Below, piece after piece: positions 47,421 to 56,450 of a stretch of DNA of 64,000 bases. Positions within the stretch are counted from its first letter, which is position 1. Every line of letters starts with the position of its first letter. Both the position numbers and the translations under genes were made by a program. The notes beneath the pieces are model-generated. The model did not search any database and had not been told where the DNA came from. It was given only the letters and a program-made list of their open reading frames with translations. This DNA comes from a virus (taxonomy: Duplodnaviria > Heunggongvirae > Uroviricota > Caudoviricetes), in the IMG/VR virus record IMGVR_UViG_3300033070_001565. One strand, given 5' to 3'.

Positions 47421-49148
47421 ATGAGCTATCTCCGTGAGTATATTCGTCTTTGCATTCCAGAAATTCTGATAGAGGGTCGGCTCGAGGATGCAAAGGCGAA
47501 GTATCGCAAGAGACTCAGTCCTTCAACAATCGACGGTCTTGCAAGTCACGATCCAACTCCAAACAAGAAATATCTTGATTGGATGTGTAGAGAGCTAGCT
47601 CTTGCAGGAGAAGCATCAGGCAGAGTATTCGACATTACAGCGACTGCAAACGAGTGGGAGAGGGTTGGAAGCAATCTTCCAGAACGAGACATTTACAAGC
47701 TCACTGCAAAAGAAGCAGAGGATGCTCTCAAGGATTACGATGCAAAGCAAGCCGGCAAGAGAAAGCAGAGATACAAAGATGTTTCAGGAGCTGCTTTCGT
47801 AGGCGAGACCGACGAGCACATTGTGTATCACATTACCACTCACGCGGCAGCCCAGGCGCTTGGAACTGGAACGAAGTGGTGCATCACAATGTCTACAGAT
47901 CAGTACTGGAAGATGTATACAAACGGATCGAATGGCGACGCAAGATTTTATTTCTTGATACCCAAATCAAGCACTGCTGTCAAGTACGCACTGCTCGTTG
48001 AACGGTATCCAACAGACCCGCCAATCTTCAGATTCGAAGCGTACAATCCTCCAGATGAGAATCTTGGAGACAGCGAGCTACCAGAGATTGTAGCTGCAAA
48101 ACCAATTGTGCGGAGACACTTCGCTGCAACGGGAGGACCTCTCAAACTGACTTCGATGGAAGCAGCTGAGAAGACGATCTACCGTGCAAGCGAGCAAGGA
48201 TACGATATTACGTTCGATGCTCTCAACACCGTCGAGCCCTCACCAAATGAATCGCCTTCTCGCATGTATAGTGTTGGAATCGCAATCAACAACAAAGTTC
48301 ACACGCTCGATGATAGAAAGGCGATGCTTGATCGTGCAAAGACTCCCGAGGCCAGAAGGATCATCGAATTCTATCTTACGCACACAAAGAAAAATGATCT
48401 CATAAACATTGTAGGAGTTGAGAGACTCAATGCACTGCTCGCGAATCCCGATACTCTGAAGGCTCTAAAGGCAGTAGGGCTAGCTGAGCAGATGATGAGT
48501 GCGAACGAACTCATTACGGGTGAGCTCATTCCATTCGTGACAGCTGTCGATGATTTCCCAAGTCAGAGAGTGAACGAGCTCGTTCTTGAGTACGCAGCTT
48601 CAAGTATTCCTCAGCTTAACTGGATTGCTGCTGCATATCTTCCTGTGTGTAGGGACATATGGAAACAGTGCAGAACTGTAACAGACTCGCCGGCAGTTAA
48701 GGGCTGCGCAGATATGCTCATCAATGCTCGACTTGGTGATCTCCCTGATTGCATCCCGCCAGTTGAGGATTATTTCAGAGACACAATTATGAACTCGCGA
48801 GTTGCTCTCATGCACCAGAAGCTACCAAAGCATGCAATGTCAGTTCGCGCATTCGCGGCAAATGTTGCGAATGTTTACTTTCAGCGTGTTAACGAACTGT
48901 ACACGCCGGCAGATGCACTAGCGACAGTAAATGATGCAATGGTACACTTCAGGAAGAACCCACGTACAATTGAGTACTTCAACTATTTCGCGGACATTCA
49001 GCAGAGATACATTGCGGCCTGGAAGGCCGGCCACAAGTACGGATTAGTGCTGCATCTTTCTGCGCCAGAAAGCATCCTCGGCACGTTGAGCCAGTTTCGC
49101 GTTCAGGGCTCCGATCGGATTTCCTCCGCCCCATCCCGATTTTGCTAG
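47421..49148 (+). CDS. large paralogue 2
   Basis: MSYLREYIRLCIPEILIEGRLEDAKAKY...EAEDALKDYDAKQAGKRKQRY. Confidence 0.55.
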   Translation: MSYLREYIRLCIPEILIEGRLEDAKAKYRKRLSPSTIDGLASHDPTPNKKYLDWMCRELALAGEASGRVFDITATANEWERVGSNLPERDIYKLTAKEAEDALKDYDAKQAGKRKQRYKDVSGAAFVGETDEHIVYHITTHAAAQALGTGTKWCITMSTDQYWKMYTNGSNGDARFYFLIPKSSTAVKYALLVERYPTDPPIFRFEAYNPPDENLGDSELPEIVAAKPIVRRHFAATGGPLKLTSMEAAEKTIYRASEQGYDITFDALNTVEPSPNESPSRMYSVGIAINNKVHTLDDRKAMLDRAKTPEARRIIEFYLTHTKKNDLINIVGVERLNALLANPDTLKALKAVGLAEQMMSANELITGELIPFVTAVDDFPSQRVNELVLEYAASSIPQLNWIAAAYLPVCRDIWKQCRTVTDSPAVKGCADMLINARLGDLPDCIPPVEDYFRDTIMNSRVALMHQKLPKHAMSVRAFAANVANVYFQRVNELYTPADALATVNDAMVHFRKNPRTIEYFNYFADIQQRYIAAWKAGHKYGLVLHLSAPESILGTLSQFRVQGSDRISSAPSRFC

Positions 49149-49769
49149 CAACTTACCAGCTTGTTGCAGCGTCTGCTTGTGTGCAGCTTGAAAACTCTGA
49201 AGCGCTTCTTTATCTCCTGGCATGCTATACGAGTAGTTTAGAGAGTCGCTTCCCTGCCCACCGTAGAGGCGAGAATCATCATTGGGATCCTTTGTCTTGG
49301 GAGCCTGCATGTTATCAAGAGCTTTCTTTGGAGTGTTGTCCTGAAACCTCTTCTGCCAGTGAGACTTTGCATCTCCTGTCATTGACGCTCTGTCAGAGAT
49401 CAGAGTTCCATTTGGAGCTAGAGCGAATGCAAGTGCATACATTCCTCCGATCTCGTTCGTTGTCTTTGCGATCTTGGTAACCTCCCAAGCACCATTCGAT
49501 GGACCGTCTCCGGCAGACTTTGCAAGCGTTATTTCGATTGCTCCCCGCATGCACTCTAGAGCACAGTCTTCAATAGCTTCTGCAATATCTGCTTTTGACT
49601 GAATTGCCCGTTGGATGCCCTGAAGAAGCACCTTCGGATCATACAGAGCGCAGATTCTCTGATTTCCCCCGTTCTGAAATGCAACATAGGCGGCGAGACC
49701 CTCGCCACCCTTGATAGCTTCTGTCAGAACGATTGTTCTGACGAACTTTGCCAGATTCGTAAGTTTCAC
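49044..49769 (-). CDS. diverged ninth member of the 8-paralogue family (reverse strand, GTG start)
   Basis: KFVRTIVLTEAIKG leader-like N-terminus plus GMYALAFALA...SDRASMTGDAKSHWQKRF...KKALDNMQAPKTKDPNDDS. Confidence 0.45.
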   Translation of the reverse strand: MKLTNLAKFVRTIVLTEAIKGGEGLAAYVAFQNGGNQRICALYDPKVLLQGIQRAIQSKADIAEAIEDCALECMRGAIEITLAKSAGDGPSNGAWEVTKIAKTTNEIGGMYALAFALAPNGTLISDRASMTGDAKSHWQKRFQDNTPKKALDNMQAPKTKDPNDDSRLYGGQGSDSLNYSYSMPGDKEALQSFQAAHKQTLQQAGKLLAKSGWGGGNPIGALNAKLAQRAEDAFWRRKMQH

Positions 49770-50695
49770 ATCATAAATAACTTACCCGGTACCCTTGTGA
49801 GGATCGTTGTATCATCTGCGTAAGATACGAACTCACGGATTGCGTCATTACCCAGTGCATCTGCAAGTGCAGTAAGATCGAAGTCGCAGATCTCATCGAT
49901 CCAATCTCCGATGATGTAAAGCTTGTTCTGACCGCGAAGCACTCCAAACAGGATGGGATCTTTCTTTGCTTGTTTCTGTGCATTCGTGAGTTCGAATGAC
50001 TTTCCATCGGGATCAAAATGTAGCACACAGTAGTTATCGAAGAGTCCGAGTTCGTCTGCTCTCTGCTTCTTCGCAAGAATAGCATCAGGAATCATCCGCG
50101 TGTAATTCTTGACCCAATCGAGTCTAAGAGCACCGATCTTTCTCTGCGAGTATCGTTTCGTAACAGGAGAGAGCTTGTACAGTCGTATCATATCGTCTTC
50201 CGTGACATATTTCGTGATTCCGACTGAAATCATCTGCGACTCATATTTGTATGCCCTTAGCGCATCCGTGAGTCTCTCGTACAAAGCTTTCTGGCCGGAA
50301 GACTTTGCAGCCACCAGAGCACGCTCATATCCATCTGCTCGAGCAGTGATGATCTCAAGTTCTTTTACAGAAGCTTTTACGTTTGAAAAATACTCTTGTA
50401 TCGTAAACTTTCTTCGAAAAATGCGATCGTAAGTGAACCCTAGAAACTCCGCAATTCGCATGAAGATACGTCTGAAGAATGGAAGCCGCCGTTCTCTCGG
50501 CGAAAGCATTACTCTTCCGTCAGAAGAGACATCGAAATCTGCTGCACCTCCCATTGACATGTCGTCATCGAATTCTTCTCCTGGAAAGCGAACGAGAGTG
50601 GCGCCCTTCCTCTTCTTCTTGTCTTCTGCAAACTTTGGAAGACTTCTGTCTGTGACGAAGTTTTCAAGAATGCTGAGTCGATTTCCATCAAGCAT
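49766..50695 (-). CDS. hypothetical protein (RNA-ligase neighbour)
   Basis: Product of 309 aa with an internal Met start. The 8-nt overlap with the ligase suggests translational coupling. Confidence 0.45.
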   Translation of the reverse strand: MLDGNRLSILENFVTDRSLPKFAEDKKKRKGATLVRFPGEEFDDDMSMGGAADFDVSSDGRVMLSPRERRLPFFRRIFMRIAEFLGFTYDRIFRRKFTIQEYFSNVKASVKELEIITARADGYERALVAAKSSGQKALYERLTDALRAYKYESQMISVGITKYVTEDDMIRLYKLSPVTKRYSQRKIGALRLDWVKNYTRMIPDAILAKKQRADELGLFDNYCVLHFDPDGKSFELTNAQKQAKKDPILFGVLRGQNKLYIIGDWIDEICDFDLTALADALGNDAIREFVSYADDTTILTRVPGKLFMM

Positions 50696-51728
50696 ATTCA
50701 ACACCGGCTTCCACTTGTTCGAGATACCAAACTTTTGCGTATTTCTGCGCAGTCGAGATTGCGACTTTCTGATTGCAGCCCGATGCCTCGATCTCTGCTT
50801 GCGTTTCACGCTCGAGATCAGCCGCCAGCCACTTCATGAATGCACCGATATGTTTCATTGAGATTGAACCATCCGACGAGGCGGCTGCAGCTCCCTGCCT
50901 CAAGCGAGAAATCGTACACACGAGCTTTGCGTACTCATTTGCACCCTCTGTTTTTGTGGCATCGGCTTGAGCTGGTTTCGTATGAGCAACAACCTGATGC
51001 TCTTCACCTTTTGCCTTGAAGGCATAGGATTCGAAGTGCTCGTAATCGCTGAGAGTCGGATTGCACGGGTAGAACACGAGACCCTCTCCAATCCCAGAGA
51101 TCCCGTATGTCTCTTTCACCCAGGGATCGCACGCTTCGACGAGCTTCACTTGTTCATTGATCCAATCAATCTCTGATTGGAGATCTTCTGCTGGCGAGTC
51201 CCAACTGATATCGACCTCGCTTCCACCATCGTACCAGGGAAGAACATGAAGCTGCGGGCAGACTGCCTTGTACTGTGAGTGCTTCAGATAGAGCTCAATC
51301 TCACGTGGATCTTTGATGAAGATCTCGTGATTCCCCCTGTATAGTCTCATTGCAAAGACGGCAAAGATCTTGTGAGGAAGCTGAGATACTGCGACTCCAC
51401 GTTGAATCTTTGGACCTGCCCACTCGCCAAACACGATCAGCTTCTCATCACTGTGTAGAGAGTTCGATATCTCATTGAACGTGGCACGATTCTGCTCAAC
51501 CCACCCAGCAAAGCCCATGTTATCCACCGCAGGAGTGAGAATCGAATCTCGAGACTGCACCACAGGAGGCTTTCCATTCTCGAGCTGGATTGCTGCATTC
51601 GATCCATGCAACTTCACTTTTGCCATGTACCGCACGCAGACGGGAGGGAGCCACTCGGGATTCTTTTTCAAATCCCGCCTGAGCGTATGAAAGTTTCTGA
51701 TGGATGCCCAACGTACGTGATTTGCCAT
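50688..51728 (-). CDS. RNA ligase (Rnl2-like nucleotidyltransferase)
   Basis: Motif I AKVKLHGSN (KxHGxN), motif III IVFGEWAG, motif IV GEGLVFYP and motif V AFKAKG. Confidence 0.6.
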   Translation of the reverse strand: MANHVRWASIRNFHTLRRDLKKNPEWLPPVCVRYMAKVKLHGSNAAIQLENGKPPVVQSRDSILTPAVDNMGFAGWVEQNRATFNEISNSLHSDEKLIVFGEWAGPKIQRGVAVSQLPHKIFAVFAMRLYRGNHEIFIKDPREIELYLKHSQYKAVCPQLHVLPWYDGGSEVDISWDSPAEDLQSEIDWINEQVKLVEACDPWVKETYGISGIGEGLVFYPCNPTLSDYEHFESYAFKAKGEEHQVVAHTKPAQADATKTEGANEYAKLVCTISRLRQGAAAASSDGSISMKHIGAFMKWLAADLERETQAEIEASGCNQKVAISTAQKYAKVWYLEQVEAGVEYA

Positions 51729-51776
51729 TTGATTCAAATCTATATTTGTTGTTGCGTGTTTTCAGCTAATTGATTT

Positions 51777-51977
51777 ATGAAGATCGAAAGGATACCAGTG
51801 AAGGGACCCCTGTCAAAGGGAACGCTCGCTGGTGTGAGAGCAGAGGCTGCCGGCAAGCCGTACGACAGATTCGGTGTTGTTCTCAGTGTAGAGAACGGCA
51901 GACTGTTTTTGATAACTGCAGCAGGACCAACGTGGTGGCCCTGGCGTATGTCCTACGTGGCTCTTGGCATGTCATAG
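51777..51977 (+). CDS. small ORF, possibly related to the microgene family
   Basis: ATG ORF of 66 aa. IPVKGPL...VVLSVENGRLFLI...WWPW resembles the family. Confidence 0.2.
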   Translation: MKIERIPVKGPLSKGTLAGVRAEAAGKPYDRFGVVLSVENGRLFLITAAGPTWWPWRMSYVALGMS

Positions 51978-52144
51978 TGCCACCGCGCGTACCTTCTGAT
52001 TGAACTAGCAGCCATCCATTTAGAAAATTCGTTGAAATGGGCGTCAATCCTACGAGTACGTTCGCAGACTGCAATTGCAATATACAAGTAATACGAATCG
52101 TCAAGACTGTCTGCAAAAAGAGTTCCCGGTGTTACGGCTTCCAC
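51953..52144 (-). CDS. microgene array member (MET-PG...WKP family), most downstream copy
   Basis: GTG-EAVTPGTLF. The junction GTGGAAGCCGTAA is shared with the upstream copy. Confidence 0.4.
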   Translation of the reverse strand: MEAVTPGTLFADSLDDSYYLYIAIAVCERTRRIDAHFNEFSKWMAASSIRRYARWHYDMPRAT

Positions 52145-52317
52145 AATACCTCGCGATTCATGAGATCAGCTCTTTCAAAGAACAATCCCATGTGAACGTA
52201 TCCATCGTTATCAATGATATACGTCCCTCTTATACAGCATGACACGATGATTCTTATCTTATCTCGATCGATTTGAGCTCTGTACACGCAGCCTGGAATG
52301 AGATCAGCTCGTTTCAC
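52132..52317 (-). CDS. microgene array member
   Basis: MKRADLIPGCVY...IRIIVSC...VLWKP*. Confidence 0.5.
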   Translation of the reverse strand: MKRADLIPGCVYRAQIDRDKIRIIVSCCIRGTYIIDNDGYVHMGLFFERADLMNREVLWKP

Positions 52318-52321
52318 AGGA

Positions 52322-52519
52322 TTAAGTACATTTCCACAGAGTTACTCGTTTATAGGCGCCGTTAGAGTCTATCGAATCTGGCGTACGGACGATCTTGCCA
52401 GCGATAAACACGTAACGAGTTCCGATTAGAACAGATATTGAACTGAGCATTTCCTCGTAAAAGAAATCAGCTCTCAGAGATCCTGATACATCACACTCTC
52501 GCGAATCTGATCGACTCAT
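52322..52519 (-). CDS. microgene array member
   Basis: ...VSGSL...ISVLIG...TLWKCT*. Confidence 0.4.
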   Translation of the reverse strand: MSRSDSRECDVSGSLRADFFYEEMLSSISVLIGTRYVFIAGKIVRTPDSIDSNGAYKRVTLWKCT

Positions 52520-52742
52520 GAGTGTATCTCAAGTTTCTTTTTGCAATTTTTGATCGTGCTGTGAGAGTTTTGCCATTCACACCTCTACCTGGGTAGTACA
52601 AAACGATCTGCACTGTTATTTGCGGGTCAACGGTTGGCCATACTTGAACTCTCAGATCTCCTACGCCTGGAGCAATATCAATCGCCTCCTCTGTGTGGGT
52701 TTTGAGAATTTGTTTCATTTCCTGAATTGCGATTTTTCTCAT
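52491..52742 (-). CDS. microgene array member (diverged)
   Basis: IAPGVGDLRVQVW...ITVQIVLY. Confidence 0.3.
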   Translation of the reverse strand: MRKIAIQEMKQILKTHTEEAIDIAPGVGDLRVQVWPTVDPQITVQIVLYYPGRGVNGKTLTARSKIAKRNLRYTHESIRFARV

Positions 52743-52972
52743 GCCGGCTCGATGTAATAGCAGTGTGGAGTCCTACGACACACGAGATACATTTTTGTTT
52801 CGCATACGATTCCCGTTGAGACGAGATGTATCAATTCTTCATTGTGAATTGAAAGTGTCACGCCCATGTAATACCTGATGAATCTGTCCCCTGGGCGCAG
52901 CGACTTTTCCTTGCTTACGAGAAGCGATCCATTTGGAATCTTGTTTGCAGAGAGTTCGTCAATGATGAGCAT
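52739..52972 (-). CDS. microgene array member
   Basis: KIPNGSLLV...VTLSIHN, with an ATGA junction. Confidence 0.4.
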   Translation of the reverse strand: MLIIDELSANKIPNGSLLVSKEKSLRPGDRFIRYYMGVTLSIHNEELIHLVSTGIVCETKMYLVCRRTPHCYYIEPA

Positions 52973-53225
52973 TCTTTTTTGGGTTCCAGATGAGCTTGTG
53001 TTGTGCTACATAGTAGATTCTTACTGGCAAAAAAACATAATTTTCGATTGCGTGCTGAGACAGGGTACGAATTTCACCCTCTTTGAAATTTACGCCAATA
53101 ATCGCAGAAACACGTAGTGATCTAACATGTTTGCAAACAGAGAGCTGGCCTGGCTGCGGTGTCGGAGTCCATTTCGGACGATCCTGTCTTACAGCACGAT
53201 CAAGATCTTCTACAATATCTCTCAT
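52959..53225 (-). CDS. microgene array member
   Basis: PQPGQLSV...LRVSAIIGV...LIWNP plus an extension. Confidence 0.4.
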   Translation of the reverse strand: MRDIVEDLDRAVRQDRPKWTPTPQPGQLSVCKHVRSLRVSAIIGVNFKEGEIRTLSQHAIENYVFLPVRIYYVAQHKLIWNPKKNAHH

Positions 53226-53452
53226 ATCTTTGGAGCAAAGATAACACGTGGCAAGCAGAATTGAGTTTGAAGCATGCTACCAATCTTCACTTCTGTGCTT
53301 GCGAGCTCAACGAGTCCTCCTTGCACAGTGATCTCGAGTCTCACGGAGTTGGCTCCTTGCTTGTAACCAGGCAGAAACTGGAGAAGCGACCCTGGCAGTG
53401 ACATGTCATGCATCTGAGTCAGAAATGACAATTTGGTATTCATCATAGCCAC
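53222..53452 (-). CDS. microgene array member
   Basis: MSLPGSLLQF...VRLEITVQ, with an ATGA junction. Confidence 0.4.
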   Translation of the reverse strand: MAMMNTKLSFLTQMHDMSLPGSLLQFLPGYKQGANSVRLEITVQGGLVELASTEVKIGSMLQTQFCLPRVIFAPKI

Positions 53453-53545
53453 CTGATGTTAGCTGTTTTACTGATGCAATGTCGTCATCAAGATCTACGT
53501 GCCAGCCTACGAGAATGTAAACATTTGCTACACCGTTATCGTGCG

Positions 53546-53770
53546 TTAGCCAACCGATGGTACCCGGTAGCTTAACTTGCATGTGTACAATACATTGGCA
53601 TCGCGCGAGATAATTCTATTTCTCAGTCCGTCTGAAGTCAGAGTAATAGTGTGCGCTTGTACACACTCTACAATACTAGAACTGATGATAATGTGGAGCA
53701 GACGATTAGTACTGGCCGGATGATATGCGTAACGTCTTATATTTCCTGGATGCATGTAGCTATTTTCCAT
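53546..53770 (-). CDS. microgene array member
   Basis: MENSYMHPGNIRRYAY...LLHIIISSS. Confidence 0.45.
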   Translation of the reverse strand: MENSYMHPGNIRRYAYHPASTNRLLHIIISSSIVECVQAHTITLTSDGLRNRIISRDANVLYTCKLSYRVPSVG

Positions 53771-53993
53771 TTGTCAGTTCCTCGAGCGTTGTGATACCTT
53801 TCTTCCACATTGAATATGATATTGAAAATCCGACAACGCCATGAACGTTCTGCAGAACAGTGACCCAGAAATCTTTCTTTTTGTGACGTTTTATAGCTAT
53901 GCACAGCATTGGCATACAAGAGTTGTTGATCTTGTTATAGCGCATAGCAAGTCTTAGCTGTCCAGTTACAGGCCCACGATATTTTGTTTGCAT
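53760..53993 (-). CDS. microgene array member
   Basis: GPVTGQLRLAM...MLCIAI...SMWKKG. Confidence 0.35.
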   Translation of the reverse strand: MQTKYRGPVTGQLRLAMRYNKINNSCMPMLCIAIKRHKKKDFWVTVLQNVHGVVGFSISYSMWKKGITTLEELTNGK

Positions 53994-54172
53994 ATCAGAG
54001 CTTTATGTTCGTACCAGGGAATCGAGAGATTTACATTTTTTGCAACACCTTCGGCTGACAGCATGTAAGCATCGAAAGATGTCTGCGATTTCTGTTTGCA
54101 CGATATGATAATGAACGGATACTTCGTAACGATCGCATATAGGCAGCCAGACTCAATTTTCATGGGTGTCAT
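53966..54172 (-). CDS. microgene array member
   Basis: MKIESGCLYAIVTKYPFIIISC...IPWYE. Confidence 0.4.
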   Translation of the reverse strand: MTPMKIESGCLYAIVTKYPFIIISCKQKSQTSFDAYMLSAEGVAKNVNLSIPWYEHKALICKQNIVGL

Positions 54173-54587
54173 GATTGAGTCTCTCCTCGACGAGGCGTAG
54201 ATGCTCAGATGGGAATGTCACATGAACTACTTGCTTGAAATCATCGTGAACAAGCTTCCACCGCCAGGCTTTGCTCTTTCGTGTTCCAAATCCTTGCATC
54301 CAATCTTTGACACGATCGGAATCAGAGTCTCTCTTCACAAGCTTGAGAAATTTTTGTGCTGATCGTGAGTCGGAGAATACGATCCAGATCCTGTCTCGGC
54401 ACGCCAGCGGCACTCGATGCTTGTGACTCACTCCGCAGATTCCTCCGCAGCTTCCCTGACAAGAATTACGGGTCGCACATCCCAGTTCGTTTAGTAGAAC
54501 AATGAGCTTCGATATTTTCTTATCGACACTCACGATCTGGCCACCGAGAGCGATCTTGTCTTTTCTGTGACGCTTCAATTGCACCAT
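54153..54587 (-). CDS. array-embedded larger Cys-rich ORF (144 aa)
   Basis: LGGQIVSV...CATRNSCQGSCGGIC...WRWKL. The N-terminal junction is ATGGTGCAATTGA. Confidence 0.35.
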   Translation of the reverse strand: MVQLKRHRKDKIALGGQIVSVDKKISKLIVLLNELGCATRNSCQGSCGGICGVSHKHRVPLACRDRIWIVFSDSRSAQKFLKLVKRDSDSDRVKDWMQGFGTRKSKAWRWKLVHDDFKQVVHVTFPSEHLRLVEERLNHDTHEN

Positions 54588-54757
54588 ACTTCTTCGAATC
54601 CAGTGAAATGGTGAGAAAATTCGATAAATTTCGGACCAGCCATAATTCGAAGTTGTTTTCCGTATGCTATGCTGATCACGATTAGAATTTGACGTTTGTG
54701 ACCGTTGAGGCCGGCTGTCACTTCAATGTTTCCCGGGGCCGGCGAGATCTTATTCAC
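54575..54757 (-). CDS. microgene array member
   Basis: MNKISPAPGNIEV...ILIVISIA...EEVWCN*. Confidence 0.5.
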   Translation of the reverse strand: MNKISPAPGNIEVTAGLNGHKRQILIVISIAYGKQLRIMAGPKFIEFSHHFTGFEEVWCN

Positions 54758-54930
54758 GATTTTACTTCTATGTAATGTTGCTTACGGCACCACAAGTCAC
54801 TGCTAAATCCAGCAGACGAGAGTCCCTGAAATGTGTACAAATACTGATTTATTGAGAAATTCAAATGTTTCTCAGCTAGCGCGATTCTTACGCACGTAAA
54901 CGTTTCTCCTTCAACATTCCTGACATAGAA

Positions 54931-55167
54931 TCATAATTTCATATTACACCGAGTTGAGCCTGGTTGCACCAACGTACGGAGTGATCGGAATTCTCGTGTT
55001 TCCCACCAAGTGTTGTTGCTAAATTCGGTGGAACCAATCCATGAGATTGTGTGATCGGGAGAGTACTCTGACATTCGACTTTTTTTATGACTTGTTATCG
55101 TTGAAAGAGTAATGAAATACCTATTGCCGATTTCAACAAGGCACCCTGGTACAGGATCACAGTTCAT
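54931..55167 (-). CDS. microgene array member
   Basis: MNCDPVPGCLVEI...FITLSTI...ISWIGS plus an extension. ATGA overlap with the upstream copy. Confidence 0.45.
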   Translation of the reverse strand: MNCDPVPGCLVEIGNRYFITLSTITSHKKSRMSEYSPDHTISWIGSTEFSNNTWWETREFRSLRTLVQPGSTRCNMKL

Positions 55168-55349
55168 TGTGGACTCCACAGAACATCACGTGCAGAGTTA
55201 CGGTACCTGTCATCTAGTCTCGTGCAAGTACCATTTGAAAATATTACAAGGTTGAGATGATTTTTTCTATGAATCGTAATATACGTTTGAGTCGTCCACC
55301 GACTTTCGTAGTGTATGATCGAACCTGGCAGAATATTCGTGTCAGACAT
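55164..55349 (-). CDS. microgene array member
   Basis: MSDTNILPGSIIHY...YITIH...VLWSPQ*. Confidence 0.5.
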   Translation of the reverse strand: MSDTNILPGSIIHYESRWTTQTYITIHRKNHLNLVIFSNGTCTRLDDRYRNSARDVLWSPQ

Positions 55350-55352
55350 ATC

Positions 55353-55553
55353 TTATGTGATACTATATTTTTTCACAGTGTCGTGAAATAGCGTCGTACG
55401 TCGAATCGTACCTTCAGAATGAAGAAAGATAAATTTTTTTCTTTTGTAGCCAGTAACATCTTCGCAACTCAATACCACTGAGAGTTTAAGTTCGTTTCCG
55501 GAAAATTCATTGTATAGAGATCCAATCGTCCCTAGAGGAATAAACGTGACCAT
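55353..55553 (-). CDS. microgene array member
   Basis: MVTFIPLGTIGSLY...LKLSVVLSC. Confidence 0.4.
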   Translation of the reverse strand: MVTFIPLGTIGSLYNEFSGNELKLSVVLSCEDVTGYKRKKFIFLHSEGTIRRTTLFHDTVKKYSIT

Positions 55554-55741
55554 ATCAATTCCTTTCTCATGCTCAGATGTGGAAAATCTGAGAACGAGTT
55601 ATCAATCCCGTGTGGTGTAATGTATTTTGATTGTGAATCTGTTGATGATAGAACGATTGCAAGAATTTCGAACGATTCATCTCCGCTGATCGCGCCAGCA
55701 AAGCAGATCGAATCTTTCATCAGTGCGCCTGGACGATTCAT
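55532..55741 (-). CDS. microgene array member
   Basis: MNRPGALM...FEILAIVLSS...ELIWSR. Confidence 0.45.
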   Translation of the reverse strand: MNRPGALMKDSICFAGAISGDESFEILAIVLSSTDSQSKYITPHGIDNSFSDFPHLSMRKELIWSRLFL

Positions 55742-55944
55742 ACGAGAATTTTCACTCCGCTTACATCACCTTTTAGACTGATTCTTTCGAATTTGTGAGA
55801 TTGCAGAAAGTAAAAATATCTGTAATCAGGATTATCAGACGGCGTGATTGCAACCGTCAACCAAAGATTTGCTGTCATTCCTTTGGATCGAACGTTTGAT
55901 TTGAAGATTATCACGCATCCCAACCCGAGCCCAAGAACACTCAT
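55738..55944 (-). CDS. microgene array member
   Basis: LGLGCVIIF...LWLTVAIT, with an ATGA junction. Confidence 0.4.
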   Translation of the reverse strand: MSVLGLGLGCVIIFKSNVRSKGMTANLWLTVAITPSDNPDYRYFYFLQSHKFERISLKGDVSGVKILV

Positions 55945-56147
55945 GTTACAGAATGGCTTGCAAAGCAGTCAAATTCATCATCGTCCATTCGTGATACCCT
56001 TACACGATGATTTCCACCGATCGTAACGATTTCGTAAATCTTCTCATCTTCGAGATAGACGAATGAAAGCAAGATTCTCGAGTAACAAGGATTATCTTGT
56101 TTGATGTCTCGATATGTGTAAAGCCGGCCGATCGTTACATCGCTCAA
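55941..56147 (-). CDS. microgene array member
   Basis: MSDVTIGRLYTY...ILLSFVYL...IVTIGG, with an ATGA junction. Confidence 0.4.
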   Translation of the reverse strand: MSDVTIGRLYTYRDIKQDNPCYSRILLSFVYLEDEKIYEIVTIGGNHRVRVSRMDDDEFDCFASHSVT

Positions 56148-56410
56148 TAGAGAATCTTTCTTCCGCCTCGCGGTCCAACTGCGTACAGGGATGTAGCGTA
56201 ATTCTCGACTCCTCCCAATCTCAAAAGCTTCTCTAGAATTGTTTTCATAAACTCCCGTGCTTCCGGCTCGCTATCGAATGAGTACTCACGTACGTTTTCA
56301 TCAGCGTTTGGATCGAGCCAATCATCGTGGTACGTACCGTCTGTCATCATGTCTGCAAATTCATCACGATTCTGGTACACGCCGACAATATACGATTTTA
56401 CATTCTTCAC
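56144..56410 (-). CDS. array-embedded acidic ORF (non-family, 88 aa, GTG start)
   Basis: Rich in D and E, with no PG or WKP motif. ATGA overlap with the downstream member. Confidence 0.35.
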   Translation of the reverse strand: MKNVKSYIVGVYQNRDEFADMMTDGTYHDDWLDPNADENVREYSFDSEPEAREFMKTILEKLLRLGGVENYATSLYAVGPRGGRKILY

Positions 56411-56450
56411 TTTTGAATTGTACGCTTTCGTGACAGTGATTACACGTCAG

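Noticed and set aside
53737-53919. 60-aa minus-strand ORF
   Set aside because: The overlapping ORF 53760..53993 in another frame carries the family signature (VTGQL ... MWKK) and fits the unit spacing.
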